DNA of 64,000 nucleotides, taken from IMG/VR virus record IMGVR_UViG_3300044611_001018. The stretch is one strand, 5' to 3'. This DNA is from a virus. Its lineage: Duplodnaviria; Caudoviricetes. Of the stretch, positions 26,244 to 34,184 are shown piece after piece (position 1 is the first letter of the stretch; every line of letters starts with the position of its first letter). The notes beneath the pieces are model-generated. The model worked only from the letters and a program-made list of their open reading frames with translations, searched no databases and was not told the origin of the DNA. Made by a program: the position numbers and the translations under genes.

Positions 26244-26513
26244 TTAATTTGTAAATCCTACTTTTGTTACTTTTATTGATGATGCTGAAGCCCAAATAAT
26301 ATCAGTAGGTAATTTTTGTACAAATTCAACAGCACCAGTGGGCAAGGTAAATGAATAAGATGCACTTGCCCCAACAGATTCTGAAATTACAATTGTAGTT
26401 GCTGCACCAGCTCCATTGTATAATCGTACACATGTTGCAGAAAGTATACTTGTTCCAGCACCAGAAGAAGTTGCTAAATCAGTTTCTATAGAAAGTGGTT
26501 TTGTTACTTGCAT
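26244..26513 (-). CDS. Hypothetical beta-rich protein in the head module, 89 aa
   Basis: ATCVRLYN...FTLP..AVEFVQK.PTD; late motif ATAAATA at 26540-26546. Confidence 0.75.
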   Translation of the reverse strand: MQVTKPLSIETDLATSSGAGTSILSATCVRLYNGAGAATTIVISESVGASASYSFTLPTGAVEFVQKLPTDIIWASASSIKVTKVGFTN

Positions 26514-26555
26514 TATTATATAATAAAGACCTTGTTAGTTATTTATTGTTCTTTA

Positions 26556-26717
26556 TTATTCTGCATCTAGTGCAATGGAATCAAACATTGAATTTGAAAC
26601 GGATGGTCTCAACACTTCGATTTTTTCTGCTGAGCGAGTGTAGAGCAAATCTTTAATCTTATCAGAAATTGTAGATGGTGCTTCATCACCAACAATCATA
26701 TCTAGAAGTTCTTCCAT
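26556..26717 (-). CDS. Small prohead-region protein, 53 aa (MEELLDMIVGDEAPSTISDKIKDLLYTRSAEKIEVLRPSVSNSMF...), syntenic with T4 gp67/gp68
   Basis: Hand-translated, missing from the track; CTAAATA at 26742-26748; an in-frame upstream ATG exists at 26729. Confidence 0.75.
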   Translation of the reverse strand: MEELLDMIVGDEAPSTISDKIKDLLYTRSAEKIEVLRPSVSNSMFDSIALDAE

Positions 26718-26741
26718 TGATATTCTCATGAATTACTCTAG

Positions 26742-26756
26742 TATTTAGAATAAATA
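26742..26756. promoter_or_regulatory. Back-to-back divergent late-promoter motifs
   Basis: CTAAATA on - (26742-26748) and ATAAATA on + (26750-26756). Confidence 0.6.
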
Positions 26757-26757
26757 G

Positions 26758-27678
26758 ATGACGGGTAAAATATATTTGATTATGAGTTGTGATAAATTAA
26801 AAAATTTCCCTCATGTATTTTATTTTACTTTAGACAATGAAGTAAAACGACAAAAATATATGGAGGAACAATTTAAATTATATGGCATTACATTTACAAA
26901 AATCTCAATGCCATTGGGGTTTCCAGAATACTTAAAGGAAAAAATATTAGATGTTCATTCAGAATTAGCATCTAAACGATGTTTAGCATACAATTATTTT
27001 TTAATTGATACTTTAAGAAATTGGTATTTTGAAACAAATGAATCTTATGTAATATTAATGGAAGATGATTATGATTTGAGTTTTATCAATCATTGGCATT
27101 TTAGTTGGGATGATCTATTAACATATCTTCCTTATGATTGGGATTCTATACAATTGGGACATGAGTGCCCAGACATAGTTAGATTTTATTTGCATCCAGT
27201 TCAAAGTAATTATTCTCTTGGTCCAGTATTATTAAAACGAGAACATGTTGAAAAACTTTTGAATCTTTTTTATATCAATGGTAGATATAAATTTAATGGA
27301 GTTGTTGCCAACTCAATTTATATCAATAGAGAATCTGGAATAGGCGATAATTATTTCTTTAACGATCTTGCAGGGACTCCAGATTATTTTTTATGTCAAA
27401 CTGGGAATACGTATACTGTACCATTAATTCCATGTAATCCTTTTTTTAAAGGATCAACTCATGTTACTGAATGGTATCCAATGAAATCTTTTATTTGTTG
27501 TTATGAAGCATATAAAGAATGGTGGGAAAACGACAAAGATAATTTTAGTTTAAATGATTTTTTTAGTTTTGGTAAATCCAATGACAACTTAATGGAGAGA
27601 GATATTAGGCGATGGGACGATAAATATTTCCATCAAAGAGCAATCGAACAACATAATAAGGTTATCTCTACGTTATGA
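26758..27678 (+). CDS. GT25-like (GT-A fold) glycosyltransferase
   Basis: FYFTLDNEVKRQKYMEEQF, YVILMEDD, DWDSIQLG patterns; true start may be ATG 26782 given the promoter position. Confidence 0.65.
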   Translation: MTGKIYLIMSCDKLKNFPHVFYFTLDNEVKRQKYMEEQFKLYGITFTKISMPLGFPEYLKEKILDVHSELASKRCLAYNYFLIDTLRNWYFETNESYVILMEDDYDLSFINHWHFSWDDLLTYLPYDWDSIQLGHECPDIVRFYLHPVQSNYSLGPVLLKREHVEKLLNLFYINGRYKFNGVVANSIYINRESGIGDNYFFNDLAGTPDYFLCQTGNTYTVPLIPCNPFFKGSTHVTEWYPMKSFICCYEAYKEWWENDKDNFSLNDFFSFGKSNDNLMERDIRRWDDKYFHQRAIEQHNKVISTL

Positions 27679-29480
27679 AAAATATATATTTTATCCAACC
27701 ACAATATAGTGTTAATGTAAGAGACACTAAGAATTATTGGATGCCTTATAGTGTTTCTTGCTTATGGAGTTATTGTAAACAATTTAAAGATATAGCAGAG
27801 TCATTTGAGTTAAAAGATATTATCTTTAAAAGAGAAAATCCAGAAGAACTGCTAAAAAGATTAGATAATCCTACAATTTGTGCTTTTAGTTGTTACCTAT
27901 GGAATGAACAATATAATCTACACCTTGCTAAACTAATAAAACAAAAATATCCAAACTGCATTATTGAATTTGGTGGTCCCCAAGTAACCGCAAAAATGAT
28001 GGAAGAAAATCCATTCATTGATTGTGTTATTCTTGGTGAAGGTGAAGAGGCATTTTTAGAATTATTGAGATGCATTAATACTGGAAATCCAATCAATAAA
28101 GTTCATGAAAGAACGAGGATAAATTCTTTAGACTTTAAAAGTCCCTATCAATCTGGAGTCTTTGATTGGTTATATGATAAAAATCCAGATGTTATTTGGG
28201 CAGCAATTTTAGAAACAAATAGAGGTTGTCCTCACAGATGTACTTTTTGTGATTGGGGTGGAACAACTATGAGTAAAATTAATACATTTGGACTAGAGAG
28301 AGTCGCTGAAGATATTGAATGGATACGAACACATAGAGTTGCTTATGTCTTATGCGCTGATGCAAACTTTGGAATATTTAAAGAACGTGATATTGAAATA
28401 GCAAAAATGTTGCGTAAAGCAGCTGAAAATAGTTTAATTCTAGACAATATAGATTTGCAGTATTCAAAAAATTCAAACGAATCTGCTTTTGAAATAGCAA
28501 AAATTATGGGAGAATACTCTAGAAGAGGAGTTACTTTGAGTGTTCAAAGTATGAATATGCCGACATTAAAAGCTATCAAGAGAAAGAATTTACACGTTAA
28601 AGATATTGCTGGACATGTAGAATTAGCAAAAAAACATAATGTAAAATTATACACAGATTTAATTTTGGGGATGCCCGAAGAAACAGTAGATTCTTGGAAG
28701 GATGGAATTGATTTGTTGATGGAAAACGGGCAACATTTTTCTGTAGACTCCTGGTTCTGCCAAGTATTTGAAAATGCTGAATTGGGTAGTGAATTTAGTA
28801 GAAAAACTTATGGTATAAAAACAATTAAAGCAGAAGATTATATATCATTCTGTAATGATGAGTTTGATGCTACAAAAGAATATGTCGAATTAATTTGTGA
28901 GACTGATACAATGTCTAAACAAGACTTTTTTGATGCTCATATGTTTTCTTGGATAACAATTAAATTTCACTATGTTGGATACACACAAATTTTATCCAAG
29001 TATTGTCGCCATGTATTAGGAATAAGTTATAGAAAATTTTATGAATCATTGTATGAATATACAATGAATGATTCTGGATTCTTAGGAACTGAGTTTAGGG
29101 AATATTTAAAGGCAATAAAGGAATACTTTAATACTGGAAAAGTTCCTTCTAACCACTCAAGTGGACATGGATTGGGAGTTGGTATGCCAAATGATACTTT
29201 ATCTAGATTTGAAAATAAAGATAAGATACTAGATTTTGTTGAAAATTTTGCAAGGACAACTTTTAATATAGAAGAAAGTATCTTTGATATCCAGAGAAAG
29301 TTTGTTTATGACCCAGATGTAAATTATCCATATGTTGATAGTTTACCGTTTGACTTAGATACATGGGAAAAAAGAGATACAAAATATTCCATAGAAAATG
29401 AAAGAACCGAAGATGAAAGATATAATTTGTTCGTTATCAAAAGAAAGTATCTTACAAAAAATACAATGGTAAAACTATGA
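27675..29480 (+). CDS. Cobalamin-binding-domain radical SAM enzyme (class B-like), copy 1, 601 aa
   Basis: B12-domain pattern AFSCYLWN...AKLIKQKYP..IIEFGGP...DCVILGEGE; RGCPHRCTFC (CxxxCxxC); DANFG; DLILGMPEET. Confidence 0.9.
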   Translation: MKNIYFIQPQYSVNVRDTKNYWMPYSVSCLWSYCKQFKDIAESFELKDIIFKRENPEELLKRLDNPTICAFSCYLWNEQYNLHLAKLIKQKYPNCIIEFGGPQVTAKMMEENPFIDCVILGEGEEAFLELLRCINTGNPINKVHERTRINSLDFKSPYQSGVFDWLYDKNPDVIWAAILETNRGCPHRCTFCDWGGTTMSKINTFGLERVAEDIEWIRTHRVAYVLCADANFGIFKERDIEIAKMLRKAAENSLILDNIDLQYSKNSNESAFEIAKIMGEYSRRGVTLSVQSMNMPTLKAIKRKNLHVKDIAGHVELAKKHNVKLYTDLILGMPEETVDSWKDGIDLLMENGQHFSVDSWFCQVFENAELGSEFSRKTYGIKTIKAEDYISFCNDEFDATKEYVELICETDTMSKQDFFDAHMFSWITIKFHYVGYTQILSKYCRHVLGISYRKFYESLYEYTMNDSGFLGTEFREYLKAIKEYFNTGKVPSNHSSGHGLGVGMPNDTLSRFENKDKILDFVENFARTTFNIEESIFDIQRKFVYDPDVNYPYVDSLPFDLDTWEKRDTKYSIENERTEDERYNLFVIKRKYLTKNTMVKL

Positions 29481-31249
29481 AAAATCTTTACATGCTCCAA
29501 CCACAATATGCGGTTGAAATTAGGAAAGAAGATACTTATTGGTTGCCATATAGTGTCGGATGTTTATGGGCATATTGCTCACAGTTTGAAGATATAGTAA
29601 AAAACTACACATTAAAAGATCTCATATTCAGAAGAGAAGACCCAGAAGAATTAATTGATAGGTTAGATAACCCTGCAATATGTGCTTTTAGTTGTTATGT
29701 TTGGAATGAACAATACAATCTTCATGTAGCAAAATTAATCAAAGAAAGATTTCCAGAATGTATTATTGAATTTGGCGGACCACAAGCAACACATAGATTA
29801 AATGAATATGATTTTATCGACTGTATTATTGTATCAGAGGGTGAGGAAGCATTTTTAGATTTTTTAAGGAAAGTAAATAACAAAGAAAAAATTGACAAAA
29901 TCTATGCAAAAAAAAGAATTGAGGATTTAAACTTTCCAAGTCCATATCAAATTGGGGTATTCGATAAAATTATTGAAGACAACCCAGGTGTTTTATGGGC
30001 AATGACTATGGAAACTAACAGGGGTTGCCCTCATAGATGCACTTATTGTGACTGGGGTGGATTAACTTATACAAAAGTAAGGCACTTTGATATTCAAAGA
30101 GTTAAAGATGATATTGATTGGGCCAGGAAAAACAATGTTGGATTCATTTTTAATGCTGATGCAAATTTTGGTATGTTTAAAGAACGAGATTTAGAAATTG
30201 CAAAGTTATTCAGAGAAGCAGCAGATGAAGGCAATCTTGAAGCAATAAACATACAATACTCTAAAAATTCTACTGAAGTAATTTTTGAGATAGCAAAAAT
30301 ACTTGGAGATATTAGTAGAGGTGTAACTTTAAGTGTACAAACCATGAATGAACCAACACTTAAAGCAATCAAAAGAAAAAATATGAGTATTAATAAAATA
30401 TCAGAACAAATTGAAAAAAGTAAAGAATATGGTGTAAAAACATATACCGAATTGATTCTTGGTCTACCCGAAGAAACTTTAGATACTTGGAAAGATGGGT
30501 TTTCTAAAATTCTTGAATGTGGTCAGCACGAATCTATTGATGTTTGGTTTTGTCAAATGTTTGGTGATACTGAATTAAATAGTACTACTTCAAGGGAAGT
30601 TTATGGAATAAAAACAATTAAAGCGGAAGATTATGTATCTTTTGGAAATGATAGAGATTATGATGGTGTTACTGAAACAATCGAATTAATCTCAGAAACT
30701 AATACAATGACAAATAATCAATTAATTGAAGCGTATATGTATGGATGGTTAATTGTTCAATTTCATATTGCTGGATATACTCAGATAGTTGCTAAACACT
30801 ATTATGAAAATTTAAATATATCCTATCGGGTATTTTATGATACTTTATTTGAATTTATTAAGTTGGATAATGGATTAATAGGTGAACATTATCGTGAGAT
30901 TGAATCTGCGGTAAATCATTATATGAAAACTGGAAAAATATTGAAAAAAGGAAAGCATGGGCATACCTTACATGCGGGAAGTTTTGCTTTTATGTTTACG
31001 CATAAGGATGAAATTTTTAAACTCGTAGAGAATGCAACACAAAAAATAACACCAATCAAAACAGATATTATATCTTTACAACGTGCGTTTATTTTTGACG
31101 AGGAGACTCAATATCCTTTTTATCTCACATGTGAAGATAAAAAGTACAAAATAGATACTGAATTCAAATCATTTGATAAGAATGATCCTCATACTGTGTT
31201 TATTTTGCGGCGCAAAGGTCTATTGAAGAATCAATTATGTAAGGTTTGA
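29477..31249 (+). CDS. Cobalamin-binding-domain radical SAM enzyme (class B-like), copy 2, 590 aa
   Basis: Same architecture; RGCPHRCTYC; ELILGLPEET; ATGA overlap with copy 1. Confidence 0.9.
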   Translation: MKNLYMLQPQYAVEIRKEDTYWLPYSVGCLWAYCSQFEDIVKNYTLKDLIFRREDPEELIDRLDNPAICAFSCYVWNEQYNLHVAKLIKERFPECIIEFGGPQATHRLNEYDFIDCIIVSEGEEAFLDFLRKVNNKEKIDKIYAKKRIEDLNFPSPYQIGVFDKIIEDNPGVLWAMTMETNRGCPHRCTYCDWGGLTYTKVRHFDIQRVKDDIDWARKNNVGFIFNADANFGMFKERDLEIAKLFREAADEGNLEAINIQYSKNSTEVIFEIAKILGDISRGVTLSVQTMNEPTLKAIKRKNMSINKISEQIEKSKEYGVKTYTELILGLPEETLDTWKDGFSKILECGQHESIDVWFCQMFGDTELNSTTSREVYGIKTIKAEDYVSFGNDRDYDGVTETIELISETNTMTNNQLIEAYMYGWLIVQFHIAGYTQIVAKHYYENLNISYRVFYDTLFEFIKLDNGLIGEHYREIESAVNHYMKTGKILKKGKHGHTLHAGSFAFMFTHKDEIFKLVENATQKITPIKTDIISLQRAFIFDEETQYPFYLTCEDKKYKIDTEFKSFDKNDPHTVFILRRKGLLKNQLCKV

Positions 31250-31862
31250 ATGCTTGCAATGCCTCATCCCACAAAATACGATGTTCATAATCTTTATCCT
31301 TGTCAATTAAAGCAATAGTTACTGTAAATCTTTTATCATCTGTTGGATTATGTGAACTATGTAATGGACCAACATTCACTAATCCGCATGTGCCTATCTC
31401 TACCTCATATTCTTTTTTACAGTATTCTTCTCTACTGACTAAAACTTGTCCATGATAATGATCATCAGTTCTATCTCCAACACTATATTGATTACGTTCT
31501 GGTATAACTGTTGAATAAACTTGCTCAGCACTGGTACTTACTCTTAAAACCATATCCGATGTCCACCATCTCATGGTGCTTCCTTTTGCACCAAATTGAA
31601 ATATTAGTTTTGCCCAATCAGCATAATAAACATTATCAGAATGTATAACTCCATCATCATGTGGTGGAGTATAAAAAAATTCTATCCAGTGTGATGTAAA
31701 TCCCAAACTATTCAACCAGGGTAAAATTTTATCATTACCCAGGTCTTCAAATTGAAGTTGTTTATGAAACTCTGGCCATCTCATACCTTCAGTTTGATAC
31801 TTTGATGTATCAATATTAGGGATATAGTCCCTAATATCCAAAAATCTATGATAACGATTCAT
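31200..31862 (-). CDS. Putative Fe(II)/2OG dioxygenase or cupin (DSBH) protein, 220 aa
   Basis: GVIHSD (HxD), LVNVGPLHSSHN (distal His), KRFTVTI (Arg); starts 3 nt after the gp20 stop. Confidence 0.6.
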   Translation of the reverse strand: MNRYHRFLDIRDYIPNIDTSKYQTEGMRWPEFHKQLQFEDLGNDKILPWLNSLGFTSHWIEFFYTPPHDDGVIHSDNVYYADWAKLIFQFGAKGSTMRWWTSDMVLRVSTSAEQVYSTVIPERNQYSVGDRTDDHYHGQVLVSREEYCKKEYEVEIGTCGLVNVGPLHSSHNPTDDKRFTVTIALIDKDKDYEHRILWDEALQAFKPYIIDSSIDLCAAK

Positions 31863-31865
31863 AAT

Positions 31866-33512
31866 TTAAATTTGTGGCGGTTCTACAGATTTACTTTGAC
31901 TATCTAAGTTTGGTTCGTTAATCGGTGCTCCAAGATTCTGATCTGCGGCAACTGGTTGACCAGTTGCAGGATCAATAGGAGCATTTGGGTCTGGAATAAT
32001 GCCAGCAGCAATTTCCTTTTTGATAAGTTTATCTTGCTCAATGATTTCTTCATCTGTTTGACGTAAAATTTTACGTCTTACATAATCTTGAGAATAATAC
32101 TTGCCAATATATGGTTCTGCTGTTGCTGCAATATTTAACCTTTCAGTCATTAATTCAGCATCTTTTAACTCTGCAAAATGATTATCATATAAGAAGTCAT
32201 ATTGAATATGCTCTTCCATTAACTCCCAATCTTCTGGAGTAACTATGTTTTTAAGAAGTAGTTGAGTTCTTAACATGTCACTAAACATGTTTGAGAATCT
32301 CTTTCTTAATCTTCCAACAAATTTAGTAAACTTTAATTCATCTCTTAAAATTTCTGAAGACCTTCCTAAGTTAAATCCTTCTTGACCACCAATTCTTGAA
32401 GATGGTACGTTTAATGAACGGTATAACTTTTCTTGGAAGTATTTGATATCGCTCAATTCACCTAAATTTTGACCACCAGGAAGAGTAGAAATTTCTGTTC
32501 CTCTACCACCTTCCCTCCTAGGGAGCCAAAAATCCTCAAGCATACTCATATATTTTTTATCATCACGAATCTCACCAGTATTTGCATCATATACCAGTTT
32601 GTTACGATATCTCATCATAACATCACGAAGATATTGTTCTGCCTTCATTTTAGGCAAATTGCCAACATCAATATAAAAAATTCTACGTTCTGGTGCTCTT
32701 GATAATCTGTAGATAACCAAAGAATCTTCAATCATGCGAAGTTGATTGAGTGATTTAATTGCTTTATGCAAATATGATAGAGTTAAATTTTTATTTCTAT
32801 CGACTAGACCAGAAGTACAAAATGTAATAGAATCTTTTGAAAATTTTGTTCCTTGATTTACTTGATTTGAACTATTATTGATTGTTCCTATTTGAGTTGC
32901 TGAGGCATTGTAAATAAAGTATTCCTGAATATCTGGAAATGCAGAATCCATTGGATCCTTTTCACCATTAGGTCCAAGTCTTCCATCATCTTTCTTACCC
33001 TTAGAAGACTGCCTAACATATCGCATTTTCAATGCGTCAATATATCTTAGTTCCTGAATGCCATCTTGTGGATTTTTTAAGTCAATAACTTTATGATAAT
33101 AAAGTCTACCGTCAACATACCAATTTCTATAGATCTCATGGGCTTTTTTATCAAAGTCCATTAATTCTAAAATATGCTTAAACTCTTCTCTTATTTTTTT
33201 CTTAAGACCATCACTAGCATTTAGATTGTCAAGATCAATTTGAACTGGACTATCATTGGTATCACTTACAATTGCCTCATTTACAATATCTTCAATAGCA
33301 CCATCAACTTCTGGATGCAATGCCATCTCTCGATATCTTTTGATTAAATCATATTCACTTCTATATACCCCTTCAATATCTACATAAGACCCAAAAAATC
33401 CACTAGTAAGATAATAGTCAACCCCGTCCTCATTATTTTGAGGTACGGGGGAGACCACTCCTGGTGATTTTTTATTACTATCCTCTATAGAGAATCCAAA
33501 TAGTTTTGCCAT
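31866..33512 (-). CDS. gp20: Portal vertex protein
   Basis: MAKLFGFSI, YREMALHPEVD, RAPERRIFYIDVGNLPK, EDFWLPRREGGRGTEI; ATAAATA at 33541-33547. Confidence 0.99.
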   Translation of the reverse strand: MAKLFGFSIEDSNKKSPGVVSPVPQNNEDGVDYYLTSGFFGSYVDIEGVYRSEYDLIKRYREMALHPEVDGAIEDIVNEAIVSDTNDSPVQIDLDNLNASDGLKKKIREEFKHILELMDFDKKAHEIYRNWYVDGRLYYHKVIDLKNPQDGIQELRYIDALKMRYVRQSSKGKKDDGRLGPNGEKDPMDSAFPDIQEYFIYNASATQIGTINNSSNQVNQGTKFSKDSITFCTSGLVDRNKNLTLSYLHKAIKSLNQLRMIEDSLVIYRLSRAPERRIFYIDVGNLPKMKAEQYLRDVMMRYRNKLVYDANTGEIRDDKKYMSMLEDFWLPRREGGRGTEISTLPGGQNLGELSDIKYFQEKLYRSLNVPSSRIGGQEGFNLGRSSEILRDELKFTKFVGRLRKRFSNMFSDMLRTQLLLKNIVTPEDWELMEEHIQYDFLYDNHFAELKDAELMTERLNIAATAEPYIGKYYSQDYVRRKILRQTDEEIIEQDKLIKKEIAAGIIPDPNAPIDPATGQPVAADQNLGAPINEPNLDSQSKSVEPPQI

Positions 33513-33546
33513 TATAAGTGAGTTATTTAAACTGTTCTACTATTTA

Positions 33547-34146
33547 TTATACAATAGCAGTGTTAGTTTGGTCGTTACCCTCAGCTTGCCACCACTGAAC
33601 TTGGAAGTCTACAGTATACTCCTCAATAGTATCTGATGTATCATATGAAAGATCAATTTGAGATACATTTGTTGGGAATATATCGTAAAGTCTGTATGTT
33701 CTTAATGGAGTATTTGTAGTGTTTGAAGTATTTCTGGTGGAGAATCTTGCCTCACCTCTACCAAGTTGATGTACATATGCATCAACCATATAAGATGCGG
33801 GACTAGTTGCACCAGTAGCATTGTTCAATTTGCTAATCTGATTCATCCACTGTTCAAATGAAGTTCTTAATTTAAAGTCTTCATCATTGATAACTGTAAC
33901 AGTCCAAACATCGAATGTGCGATCTCCAGCAACTTTTAAAATTCTTCCTCTAAATGGAACATCAATTGATGCAACATTTGATGCAGGTAAAGCAGCTGCT
34001 TTACAAAGAAAGTTAAAGGTCTCATCATCCCAACCAGCTACAGAAGCTGGAAAACGTGGAATACTAACCTCAAATAAATTTGGTCTTGCTGCACCGCCTT
34101 GAAGTCTTGCTTTAAAGTCGGTGATAGTTCTAATTGTTCTTGCCAT
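33547..34146 (-). CDS. gp19: Tail tube protein
   Basis: GGAARPNLFEV, FLCKAAALP, AGDRTFDVWTVT, IEEYTVDFQVQWW. Confidence 0.97.
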   Translation of the reverse strand: MARTIRTITDFKARLQGGAARPNLFEVSIPRFPASVAGWDDETFNFLCKAAALPASNVASIDVPFRGRILKVAGDRTFDVWTVTVINDEDFKLRTSFEQWMNQISKLNNATGATSPASYMVDAYVHQLGRGEARFSTRNTSNTTNTPLRTYRLYDIFPTNVSQIDLSYDTSDTIEEYTVDFQVQWWQAEGNDQTNTAIV

Positions 34147-34184
34147 TGTTAGGGTTCCTCCTTTTTATTTAATCATTAAGTAGG

